Positions 22,101 to 29,669 of a stretch of 64,000 nucleotides of DNA are shown here, piece after piece. The stretch spans positions 325 through 64,324 of the forward strand of contig CAYOLQ010000002.1 in NCBI GenBank assembly GCA_964404825.1, written 5' to 3'. The notes beneath the pieces are model-generated. The model ran no database searches. It had not been told where the DNA came from and was given only the letters and a program-made list of their open reading frames with translations. A program made the position numbers and the translations under genes. Each line of letters starts with the position of its first letter. The stretch's first letter is position 1. This DNA comes from an uncultured Chitinophaga sp. (lineage in GTDB: Bacteria > Bacteroidota > Bacteroidia > Bacteroidales > GCA-2748055).

Positions 22101-22305
22101 GAATGGTGATCTGAATTTCGTTAGTGGAGATTTACTTGATTCATCACAGTTTATTAATCCCGACAATCGATTTGCAATTATTAAGGAAGGAACCCGTGTA
22201 CGAATTATGTTACTTGAGAAATCCTGCTTGCAGGAATTAATTTTTGACGATGAAAACTCATTTTTCCCGCTTGCTGAATTGCTGTCAGGCGTGAAAAATA
22301 CTTAA
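19171..22305 (+). CDS. 12-TM transporter-like domain (MFS or nucleotide-transporter-like) fused to HEAT repeats and a C-terminal cNMP-binding-like domain
   Basis: 1044 aa. Residues 1-430 form about 12 hydrophobic helices. Residues 540-900 carry HEAT/PBS-lyase-like repeats (DNPDDRKKGL..., FRDPSPSVRISAIRSAG). The last ~130 aa have a beta-barrel pattern resembling a cyclic-nucleotide-binding fold. Confidence 0.6.
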   Translation: MQGGIARALNIEKNEQSSVFILIIQSVFIGFFAGSFDVGAQSLFLSVYEASLIPKAFVLSGVVGIIITSVYTRLQARMKFSGFALINYIFIALITLLLRLGFEFTDDKRLVFAVFVMMGPLTIISFLGFWGTVGRLYTLRQGKRLFGLIDTGQILGIIIVSFAIPVLITLHFKVLNTLLVGSVSIILALLLQIIITNRFSFQKVEQKSEIKDNFLSLFKNHYTLLMALFIVFSVVAAFFVHFSFLTVLESNYPDPNALASFLGAFMGTLTIFTILIKTFVYGRIMKTYGLKLALIISPVLLCLFTFIAAIIGSIYGYTIASASFTFFFLLIVLSKLFAKSLKDSIEVPASKILYQSLDAGIRYNVQARIDGTVNELAAFSSGLLLAGLGLIAFVKIIHFSWFLLFILIIWAYVGARLYAAYKVSLGSSLEKFQKLSMDGHSELSVTEKILPGTSDPAKVSAVLEFAPQSWNGYISKNFNSLFKENDKIRSMTFSIVDDLDLKEKGEQLEKYSKDLTAAQRSRLKVMMQRFRIDSKKAGEEEIRELLKSDNPDDRKKGLIIITEKSDPKYFPRIVPMFRDPSPSVRISAIRSAGMLNRKDFVTYLIDMLEDPGYYSYAFNALASMSDAILENLEHGFHKTGITDKGMIRITRIVVSIGTPEAATYLFRKLDHFNRNVFSSAVKGIQKIGITPDENEKSKIFSALYKICGINAWNLTARYSLRDFEAGAELAIALDEEISENYDLIYSLLSIAYDPSTVFHIRKNLESGTSEGIGFAIELLDLFVDEPVKPFLFPLLDDSPVSEKVRLLQSEYPVEPMKPEQLLTSIINRDYNQINPYTRLSAIHALNRIEGYLPGKDLVAQMFNSDPLLREEASAMVYKLDTKLYSEVLRRLPVSYKLSVEEFLRSAGTEEESGHFRKFRYLRAMEIFSNFRNHQLLDIARKFELHKFEQNEDLPARNFFKPNQILLLVEGRLHIETGNGDLNFVSGDLLDSSQFINPDNRFAIIKEGTRVRIMLLEKSCLQELIFDDENSFFPLAELLSGVKNT

Positions 22306-22326
22306 TATAACTGTCAATTTGTTTTA

Positions 22327-24372
22327 ATGGATAAGCGCACAACAATTTTCAAACAACTAATCTTCAATGTAGTCCTTCCGGCTATATTGGGGCTTTTGGT
22401 ACTCGGGATTTTAAACTATACGCATACCAAAAGTATCCTTCTGGATTCTAATAAAACCAAAAATCAGATACTTACTGATGAAATAAAACTCATTCTTGAA
22501 ATGAGAGATATGGCTCTGGATATTCTCGAGGAGAGTCTTGATGCAAAAATGAAAGCCTACAGTGAAAATCTGATTAATAATTACTTGGAGAAAACTGACG
22601 GAATTCATAGTGTTGATCTGGACCAGATACGAACTAAACTTGGGATGAACCCTGACTTTGAAGATATTTACATAATCAATAAAATGGGAATTGTCGTTAA
22701 TACAACATTCGAAAACGACAGAAATCTTAACCTTTTTAGTTTTGGTGCAGAACATAAAACTCTTTTGGAGACAGTTTTTTCCGGTGGCGTTTTTGTGAGC
22801 GAGCGCTTTGGCGTGGAGAGTCAGACCAAACGGTTACGAAAATTCACCTATCAACCCAGCCTGGACGGTAAATATATTATCGAACTGGGTATTTATTCCT
22901 CTACTGCCGATACTATAATTCAATCTGTAAATAAGCGTATCAACGATCTTTCCACAAAGGTGCAGAGCATTGTTTCAGTGGATCTATTCATTGGACTGGA
23001 TGCTCCATTTTCTTTAAATAAGTCGGCAAGCATTGAAGATGAGCACCTGGGTCTGTTTAAAAACGTTCTCACCACCGGAAAATCATATGAATTCACTGAA
23101 GAGAAAGACGGAAAGCTCTACCATTATGAGTTCATTTACATGAATCGTAAAAACACCCATCTTTACAAGGAATCAGTTATAAGGATTGTTTCAGATCGTT
23201 CGGACGACAGGGCTTTGCTAAGGAAAGAATTAATGAAGTTCTTTATAATTTTTGGAATCATTATACTGGTTGTTGTTATTCTTATATACAGGAAAACGAA
23301 AGTTATTACAGATCCTGTCAAAAACCTTCTTGAAAAGGTCATCCGGATTAGTGACGGACATATGAATGAGAGGGCTGATGTGGTTGGAAATAACGAAATA
23401 GCCTCATTATCCGAACAGTTCAACAGGATGATTGAACAATTGGAAAGTTATTATAATGAATTGGAGGAAAAGGTAAGAGAGCGTACAGCTGAGATCATGG
23501 CTCAGAAAGAAGAAATCGAAGCTCAGAGAGACTCCATTCAGGAACAGAGAAATATACTTTCCGATATCAACCGATCCCTGCAAAAAGCCTATCTTGAAAT
23601 CGAAGAGCAAAAAAAGCATATCGAAGATAGTATTCATTATGCACGAAGAATTCAGAACGCAATTCTCCCACCCGACGAATTTGTGTCCACCCTGCTTCCT
23701 GATTCATTCATTCTTTATAAACCTAAAGACATTGTGAGCGGAGACTTTTACTGGATGGCTCAGAAGGATGGACAGGCACTGGTAGCTGCGGTAGACTGCA
23801 CAGGCCATGGTGTTCCGGGGGCGTTTATGTCAATCGTTGGGAATAATCAGCTTAACTTTGCTGTAAATGTGAAAGGAAGTCTTCGTCCTGATGAAATTCT
23901 GAATGCTCTTAACGAGGGAGTTACGAAATCTCTCCGTCAGACCAGGCTTAGCTCCTCTGTAAAGGATGGAATGGATATCTCTCTTATAAGTATTGACTTT
24001 AAAGATTTAAAGCTTAACTATGCCGGTGGGTATAATCCTTTGTTCCTTATCCGTGATAATGAATTAATTACTGTAAAAGCTGATAAGTTTCCCATCGGAG
24101 GTTACATGGGAGAAAAACTGAGGGATTTTACCAATAATGAAATGGATATTAAAAAGGGCGATGTTTTATATCTTTTCTCCGATGGATATTCGGATCAATT
24201 CGGGGGATCGGATGATTCAAAGTTCCTTATAAGAAGATTTCGTGAACTCCTCTTAAAAATACATAATGAACCTATGAATGAGCAAAAGGAAATCCTTAAC
24301 CAGATACATGATGACTGGAGAGGAAATTCTGTTCAGATCGATGATATTCTGGTAATTGGAATTCGCATCTGA
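22327..24372 (+). CDS. membrane sensor with extracytoplasmic domain, HAMP, coiled coil and PP2C/SpoIIE-family phosphatase
   Basis: 681 aa. TM1 (residues ~12-32), a ~270-aa periplasmic segment, TM2 (FFIIFGIIILVVVILIY), HAMP-like linker and coiled coil, then PP2C motifs (SGDFYW, DCTGHGVPGA, FSDGYSDQFGG, DDILVIGIRI). Confidence 0.8.
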   Translation: MDKRTTIFKQLIFNVVLPAILGLLVLGILNYTHTKSILLDSNKTKNQILTDEIKLILEMRDMALDILEESLDAKMKAYSENLINNYLEKTDGIHSVDLDQIRTKLGMNPDFEDIYIINKMGIVVNTTFENDRNLNLFSFGAEHKTLLETVFSGGVFVSERFGVESQTKRLRKFTYQPSLDGKYIIELGIYSSTADTIIQSVNKRINDLSTKVQSIVSVDLFIGLDAPFSLNKSASIEDEHLGLFKNVLTTGKSYEFTEEKDGKLYHYEFIYMNRKNTHLYKESVIRIVSDRSDDRALLRKELMKFFIIFGIIILVVVILIYRKTKVITDPVKNLLEKVIRISDGHMNERADVVGNNEIASLSEQFNRMIEQLESYYNELEEKVRERTAEIMAQKEEIEAQRDSIQEQRNILSDINRSLQKAYLEIEEQKKHIEDSIHYARRIQNAILPPDEFVSTLLPDSFILYKPKDIVSGDFYWMAQKDGQALVAAVDCTGHGVPGAFMSIVGNNQLNFAVNVKGSLRPDEILNALNEGVTKSLRQTRLSSSVKDGMDISLISIDFKDLKLNYAGGYNPLFLIRDNELITVKADKFPIGGYMGEKLRDFTNNEMDIKKGDVLYLFSDGYSDQFGGSDDSKFLIRRFRELLLKIHNEPMNEQKEILNQIHDDWRGNSVQIDDILVIGIRI

Positions 24373-24403
24373 AAATCAATTTTAAGTTAAAAATCAAGCT
24401 ATT

Positions 24404-27400
24404 ATGACCGGTTCCAGCCAGACGATAATTCAGAACATTAATCCCTTTCCCGGGTTACGACCCTTTACCAGCGAAGAAGCACATCTTTTCTTTGGCAGAG
24501 AAGGGCAGGTAGATGAGATTATCGGCAATCTGACGAAAAACCGGTTTATTGCAGTAGTAGGTGCATCCGGAAGTGGTAAATCTTCACTGATATATTGCGG
24601 TGTAATTCCTGCTCTCATTAATTCTGTTAAGGGGTCAACTGCTAAGGATTGGCTAATAATTAATACCCGCCCGGGTAATTCTCCTCTGAACAGTTTACTT
24701 AATGACATTTCCGAGAGTTCAAATACGAAGATCGAAAGTATAAATCCAACCGAATTATTTTCTTCCGAAAAGGGAGTTCTTAACCTGATTGTAAAAGCTG
24801 CCGGTAATAAGAAAAATATTCTTCTCATGGTCGACCAGTTTGAAGAAATTTTTCGGTTCAGTAAAATGGGAGATCCGTCCGGCAGTAAGGAAAATTCAGA
24901 TTTATATGTCAGTTTTATCGTTAATGCCGTAAAACAAACTTCGGTTCCGGTTTATGTTGTAATCACCATGCGATCCGATTTTATTGGCGAATGTTCCAGA
25001 TTTCAGGATTTTACCGCTCTTATAAACCAGAGTAATTATCTGCTTCCCAGAATGACAACAAATGATTTCCGGAAAGTAATTCAGGGTCCGGTGAAAGTAG
25101 CCGGAGCTGAAATTGACCCGGTTCTTGAAGATAAACTACTGTCAGATCTCGGAGATAACCCCGACCAGTTACCCGTATTGCAGCATGTACTTATGCGTAC
25201 CTGGGATTACTGGAAATTACACAACGATATTACAAAGCCGCTTTCTGTATCAGATTATGAGGCAGTGGGCCGAATTGAAAAGGCACTTTCGGAGCATGCC
25301 AATGAGGCATATGATGAATTAAATGAAAGAGAGAAAATTATTTGTGAGAGTATCTTTCGGACTCTTACCGAAAAGGGAGGTGATAACAGAGGCGTTCGTC
25401 GTCCTACAAAGATTAGCCAATTGGCAGCAATTGCCTTGGCCGATACTGAAGAAGTAACCCGGATTATTGAAATTTTCAGAGCTCCCGGCCGTTCTTTTCT
25501 TGTGCCGGGATCCAATATTAAACTGAGCAAAGATTCGGTTATTGATATCTCCCATGAATCCTTTATGAGAATATGGGAAAGACTGAGAGCCTGGGTTGAC
25601 GAAGAGGCCAACGCCGTTCAGATGTACAAAAGATTAGCAGAATCTGCAGCACTTTTCCAGGCCGGAAGAACCAGCTTATGGAGGCCTCCGGATCTGCAAC
25701 TCGCGCTTACCTGGAGAGATAAAACCAACCCTAGTTTAACCTGGGCAGAACGTCATAATCCGGCATTCGAAAGAACAATGGTTTTTCTGGAAACCAGCGA
25801 AAATGAATATAGTAAAGAAGAAGAGAATAAACTTCGTTTGCAGAAGAGGCAATTACGCAGAACCCGAATTTTCGCCCTTGTGCTTGGAGGTGCTGCAATT
25901 ATTTCTATCGCATTGGTGGTTTGGACTCAGGAGTTGCGTGTAAGAGCTGAAGAAGAATTCGAGCGTGCAGAAGAACAAAGAAGTATTGCTGAAGACAGGA
26001 CTGCCGAAGCCAATAACCAGAGGCTTTTGGCAGAAAAAGCAGCTACCGAAGCTCAGAATCAAAGAAATATTGCGGAAGAATCTTCCAGAATAGCTGAGGA
26101 ACGCAGAGTTGAAGCTGAAGCAAATGCCAGAGAAGCAAGGAGACAGGAAGCAATAGCACAAAACAACCTTTCAGAAGCAAACAGGCAGAGAAAAATTGCA
26201 CTCGATAATGAACAGGAAGCAAATAATCAGAAAGTGCAGGCGGAAAACGCAAGGGTTGAGGCATTTCAGCGAAGGATGCTATCCACAGCCAAATCTATGG
26301 CTGTAAAATCTATCCAGATTAGTAACGATGCGAACCTGAAATCGCTGATGGCATATCAGGCTTTTCTGTTTAATGAAAAATACAACGGAATAGAACATGA
26401 TGTGGATATTTATTCAAGCCTCTATCAATCATTAATAACGCTTCGGGGCAAGGATTTCAACATATTATTGGGACATGATAATGCCGTCCGTTCTGCGGTT
26501 TTTATTCCCGGAACCTCCACCCTTTTAAGTGCCGGCAGTGACGGAAAAATCCTCAAAAGGGATATATACGATGTTGATAAAAAATGGGAAGTAATCGCTG
26601 AGGGAATTGGTGTCATCGAGAAAATACAGACTTCATTCAATGGTAAGTATCTGGCTGTAGCAACAAACCGGGGTGGTATGAATCTTTTCAATCTGGAAAC
26701 CGGGAATAGTAATTTTAAAGTTCTCACAGGGGAAGATGAGAATATTCGAACCATGGTAATAGGTCCGGATAATAAAACAATGTTTACAGCCGGTCTGAAA
26801 CCTGTTATCGAATATTGGGATCTGGAGTCAGGTTCTCATTCCAGACTCATAGAAACAAACACACGTGTAAACACTCTTGCACTTTCACCAGATGGCGGCA
26901 TCCTTGCAGGCGGAACCAAAGATGGCCGGTTAATTATCTGGAGAGTTAAAGGAACCACAATTTCCCAGGAAATTTATAAGGATGATAACCAAAGGTCTAT
27001 TCACTCAATTGCCTTCAGCCCCGATGGCTCTTACCTTGCTTGCGGAAATATTGATGGCGAAGTTCTTCTTTTTTCTGCTGATTCATTCAGTCTGATTACA
27101 CTTTTAACCGGACATTCAGCCAGAGTTACGGATTTGGGATTCAGTCCCGGAAGTAAAACATTAGCGTCATCCTCATATGATGGAAAAGTATTGTTCTGGG
27201 AACTTTCAAATCTGACTAATCCACCAATTGTTATGGATGATAACTCAGGTTTTGTTTTTTCCCTTGCATTTAGTCCGGATGGTAAAAATCTGCTAAGCTC
27301 AAGTGCAGAAGAACCCCGGCTCATAATCCGGCCGGCAATGGCAAGCATGATGGCAATGCAGGTTTGCGGTCTTGTAAGCAGAAACTTTACAACAGATGAA

Positions 27401-27493
27401 TGGAAAACATACGTAGGAACAGATATTCCGTATGAAAAATCCTGTCCTGTTGAAGCTAAATTAGAAATTGGAATAAGAAAAGATGAAAAGTAA
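24404..27493 (+). CDS. STAND-class P-loop NTPase with a single TM helix, repetitive coiled coil and C-terminal WD40 repeats
   Basis: 1029 aa. N-terminal NPFPGLRPFTSEEAHLFFGRE, Walker A GASGSGKSS and Walker B LLMVDQFEE. TM helix IFALVLGGAAIISIALVVW is preceded by an RR-rich stretch. It is followed by ~110 aa of EA/QR-rich coiled coil and then about 7 WD40-like units (GHDNAVRS, GSDGKI, GTKDGRLIIW, GNIDGEVLLF, SSYDGKVLFW). Confidence 0.8.
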   Translation: MTGSSQTIIQNINPFPGLRPFTSEEAHLFFGREGQVDEIIGNLTKNRFIAVVGASGSGKSSLIYCGVIPALINSVKGSTAKDWLIINTRPGNSPLNSLLNDISESSNTKIESINPTELFSSEKGVLNLIVKAAGNKKNILLMVDQFEEIFRFSKMGDPSGSKENSDLYVSFIVNAVKQTSVPVYVVITMRSDFIGECSRFQDFTALINQSNYLLPRMTTNDFRKVIQGPVKVAGAEIDPVLEDKLLSDLGDNPDQLPVLQHVLMRTWDYWKLHNDITKPLSVSDYEAVGRIEKALSEHANEAYDELNEREKIICESIFRTLTEKGGDNRGVRRPTKISQLAAIALADTEEVTRIIEIFRAPGRSFLVPGSNIKLSKDSVIDISHESFMRIWERLRAWVDEEANAVQMYKRLAESAALFQAGRTSLWRPPDLQLALTWRDKTNPSLTWAERHNPAFERTMVFLETSENEYSKEEENKLRLQKRQLRRTRIFALVLGGAAIISIALVVWTQELRVRAEEEFERAEEQRSIAEDRTAEANNQRLLAEKAATEAQNQRNIAEESSRIAEERRVEAEANAREARRQEAIAQNNLSEANRQRKIALDNEQEANNQKVQAENARVEAFQRRMLSTAKSMAVKSIQISNDANLKSLMAYQAFLFNEKYNGIEHDVDIYSSLYQSLITLRGKDFNILLGHDNAVRSAVFIPGTSTLLSAGSDGKILKRDIYDVDKKWEVIAEGIGVIEKIQTSFNGKYLAVATNRGGMNLFNLETGNSNFKVLTGEDENIRTMVIGPDNKTMFTAGLKPVIEYWDLESGSHSRLIETNTRVNTLALSPDGGILAGGTKDGRLIIWRVKGTTISQEIYKDDNQRSIHSIAFSPDGSYLACGNIDGEVLLFSADSFSLITLLTGHSARVTDLGFSPGSKTLASSSYDGKVLFWELSNLTNPPIVMDDNSGFVFSLAFSPDGKNLLSSSAEEPRLIIRPAMASMMAMQVCGLVSRNFTTDEWKTYVGTDIPYEKSCPVEAKLEIGIRKDEK

Positions 27494-28499
27494 ACTATAC
27501 ATAATAATCGGTTTCCTTTTCTCATTAGTGGGATCAGGCTACCTGAATGCGCAGGAAAATTGCGCTTTGAACCTTAAGCGGGCTCAGGAACTTTTTAATT
27601 CAGGGCAGATTGAAACAATTCCCTCACTTATTGAACCCTGCATTTTATCTGGTTTTACGCGGGAAGAAAAAGTTCTTGCATACAAATTGCTGATAAACGC
27701 ATATGTTTTCGATGACAACCTTGAAAATGCCGAAGTCATAATGAATAATTTCCTTAAAAAATACCCTGAGTATGAAATTATCAGCACCGACCCTTCTGAG
27801 TTTGTTAACCTGATGCAGCAATTTGATAACAAGCCAAGATTTTCAATCGGAATTATTGCAGGGGGTACATATTCCGTAATAAGGGTAATAGAACCTGTAA
27901 ATACAAGCCCTTTGCCTGATAATTATGGTTATTATAATACTTCTGGCGTAGGATATCATGCAGGATTTGCCCTTATTAAAAATCTGAATTCAAATATTGA
28001 ACTCTGTCTGGAAGCTGATTTTAAAAACACAGTATTTGATCACTACCTTGATCCGGACGGAAATACCTCCAATTCGTATTACGAATCACAGCAACTTATT
28101 AATTTACCATTTTCAGCAACCTATACCATAGGTAAAGGGAAGTATAAACCCTATGCCCGTTTAGGTTTTAATACAGGTTTTTTGATTAGTTCAGGAGCAG
28201 ATTTAGTAACAGTGCCCGGTACTGAGAGTCCCAGAATTTCCAATATGGATAACCGCGAAATACTTAATTTCTGGGGAGTTATTGGTGGAGGTGTAAAACT
28301 GAAAGTTCCTAAAGCATACATCTTTCTGGATGTAAGATACAATCTTGGCTTAAATAATCAGGTAAATAATAACGGACGGAGAAATACTCAGTCAGATGAA
28401 CTAATGCTGTATCAGACCAGAGATGATGATTTTTATCACGATGATTTGAATTTCAGCATAGGAATCGTGAGGACGATATACCATCCCAAAAAAAAGTAG
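27483..28499 (+). CDS. secreted TPR-like domain fused to a PorT-like outer-membrane beta-barrel
   Basis: 338 aa. Signal peptide ending LNAQ, a ~90-aa helical TPR-like region, then alternating beta-strand sequence to the C-terminus. The start overlaps the STAND gene by 11 nt. Confidence 0.55.
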   Translation: MKSKLYIIIGFLFSLVGSGYLNAQENCALNLKRAQELFNSGQIETIPSLIEPCILSGFTREEKVLAYKLLINAYVFDDNLENAEVIMNNFLKKYPEYEIISTDPSEFVNLMQQFDNKPRFSIGIIAGGTYSVIRVIEPVNTSPLPDNYGYYNTSGVGYHAGFALIKNLNSNIELCLEADFKNTVFDHYLDPDGNTSNSYYESQQLINLPFSATYTIGKGKYKPYARLGFNTGFLISSGADLVTVPGTESPRISNMDNREILNFWGVIGGGVKLKVPKAYIFLDVRYNLGLNNQVNNNGRRNTQSDELMLYQTRDDDFYHDDLNFSIGIVRTIYHPKKK

Positions 28500-28523
28500 T
28501 TAAATTTTTTTAACCGGTAATTA

Positions 28524-29663
28524 ATGAAAAATCTTATCTGCATACTAACTCTTCTGATTATTCTGATGGCCTGTCAAAAGGAGGTGTCAGATTTGCAGAC
28601 ACATTATTTTGTAAAATTTTATGGTGATGCCCTGGATGACACCGGGGTTGATGTTGAACTTGCCCCTGATGGCGGATATGTTATTGCCGGAACAACAGTT
28701 CGCCCAACTGGAGATACAGACATTATGCTGATAATCGTGAATAATTATGGTATTCAGAAAACCCAGACTGTTTATTACGGGGAAGAAGGAGATGAAATTT
28801 GTACAGGTTTATTGTTGGTTGATGATGGATATGTTATTACCGGATCGGTCACAAACGGGGGTGAAGAGATTGTATTGCTTGTTAAAATCGGAACAGATGG
28901 TGTTTTAGACTGGACTTCTTCCTGGCAGAATCCCGGTAGGGGAACAGACATAGTATTGATAAACAATAATATTGTTGTTTCGGGGTATCTGCTAAATGCA
29001 TTTGGAGTAAAACGCCCGATGATTCTAACATCAGATGCTCTTGGAAATAAGATCGATTTGTATTCTCCTACCGATAATCCGGGTGATTATTTTACTGCTG
29101 TTCAAACCAGAAACAATCAGATCTTCGGATTTGGAACCAGTATAAATACTGCCATAAATAATAATATGTTTATTGCAGGACCTGCCATTGAACCCAGTTT
29201 TTTTAATCTTTCCGGAAATGAAGCATCTGCAAGAATTATTAAGGGAAGTACGGGTGGTTTTTTCATTATCGGCACTACTGATCCTGTTAGCTCTGGAACC
29301 AACCAGATAATAGTTAAGAAAGTAAATGATGACTTCTCGGAAGACTTAACTTTTAATGCAAATCCTATCGGGAATAATGCTGATTTTCGCGGAGTTGATA
29401 TACAGGAAATGGAGGATGGAAGGATAGCAGTTCTCGGAGATAAAACTTTTTCAAAAGACACAGATATTGTATTATATCTTTTAAACCCTGACGGTTCAAT
29501 CCTTTCTTCAAAAATTTATGGAAGAACCGGTAATCAGTCAGCATCCGCAGTTAAATCAACACCAGACGGTGGTCTTATCATTCTGGGTAGCAATCAGCAG
29601 GAAAAAACTAACAGTATGATTACCCTGATAAAGACCGATAAGGATGGTAATATTTGGGAATAG
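28524..29663 (+). CDS. lipoprotein with repeated beta-propeller-like blades
   Basis: 379 aa. Lipobox LMAC. Recurrent DGGY(V/L)I.G...D..L(I/V)K.D..G units (at least 5). Confidence 0.5.
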   Translation: MKNLICILTLLIILMACQKEVSDLQTHYFVKFYGDALDDTGVDVELAPDGGYVIAGTTVRPTGDTDIMLIIVNNYGIQKTQTVYYGEEGDEICTGLLLVDDGYVITGSVTNGGEEIVLLVKIGTDGVLDWTSSWQNPGRGTDIVLINNNIVVSGYLLNAFGVKRPMILTSDALGNKIDLYSPTDNPGDYFTAVQTRNNQIFGFGTSINTAINNNMFIAGPAIEPSFFNLSGNEASARIIKGSTGGFFIIGTTDPVSSGTNQIIVKKVNDDFSEDLTFNANPIGNNADFRGVDIQEMEDGRIAVLGDKTFSKDTDIVLYLLNPDGSILSSKIYGRTGNQSASAVKSTPDGGLIILGSNQQEKTNSMITLIKTDKDGNIWE

Positions 29664-29669
29664 GAAAAA

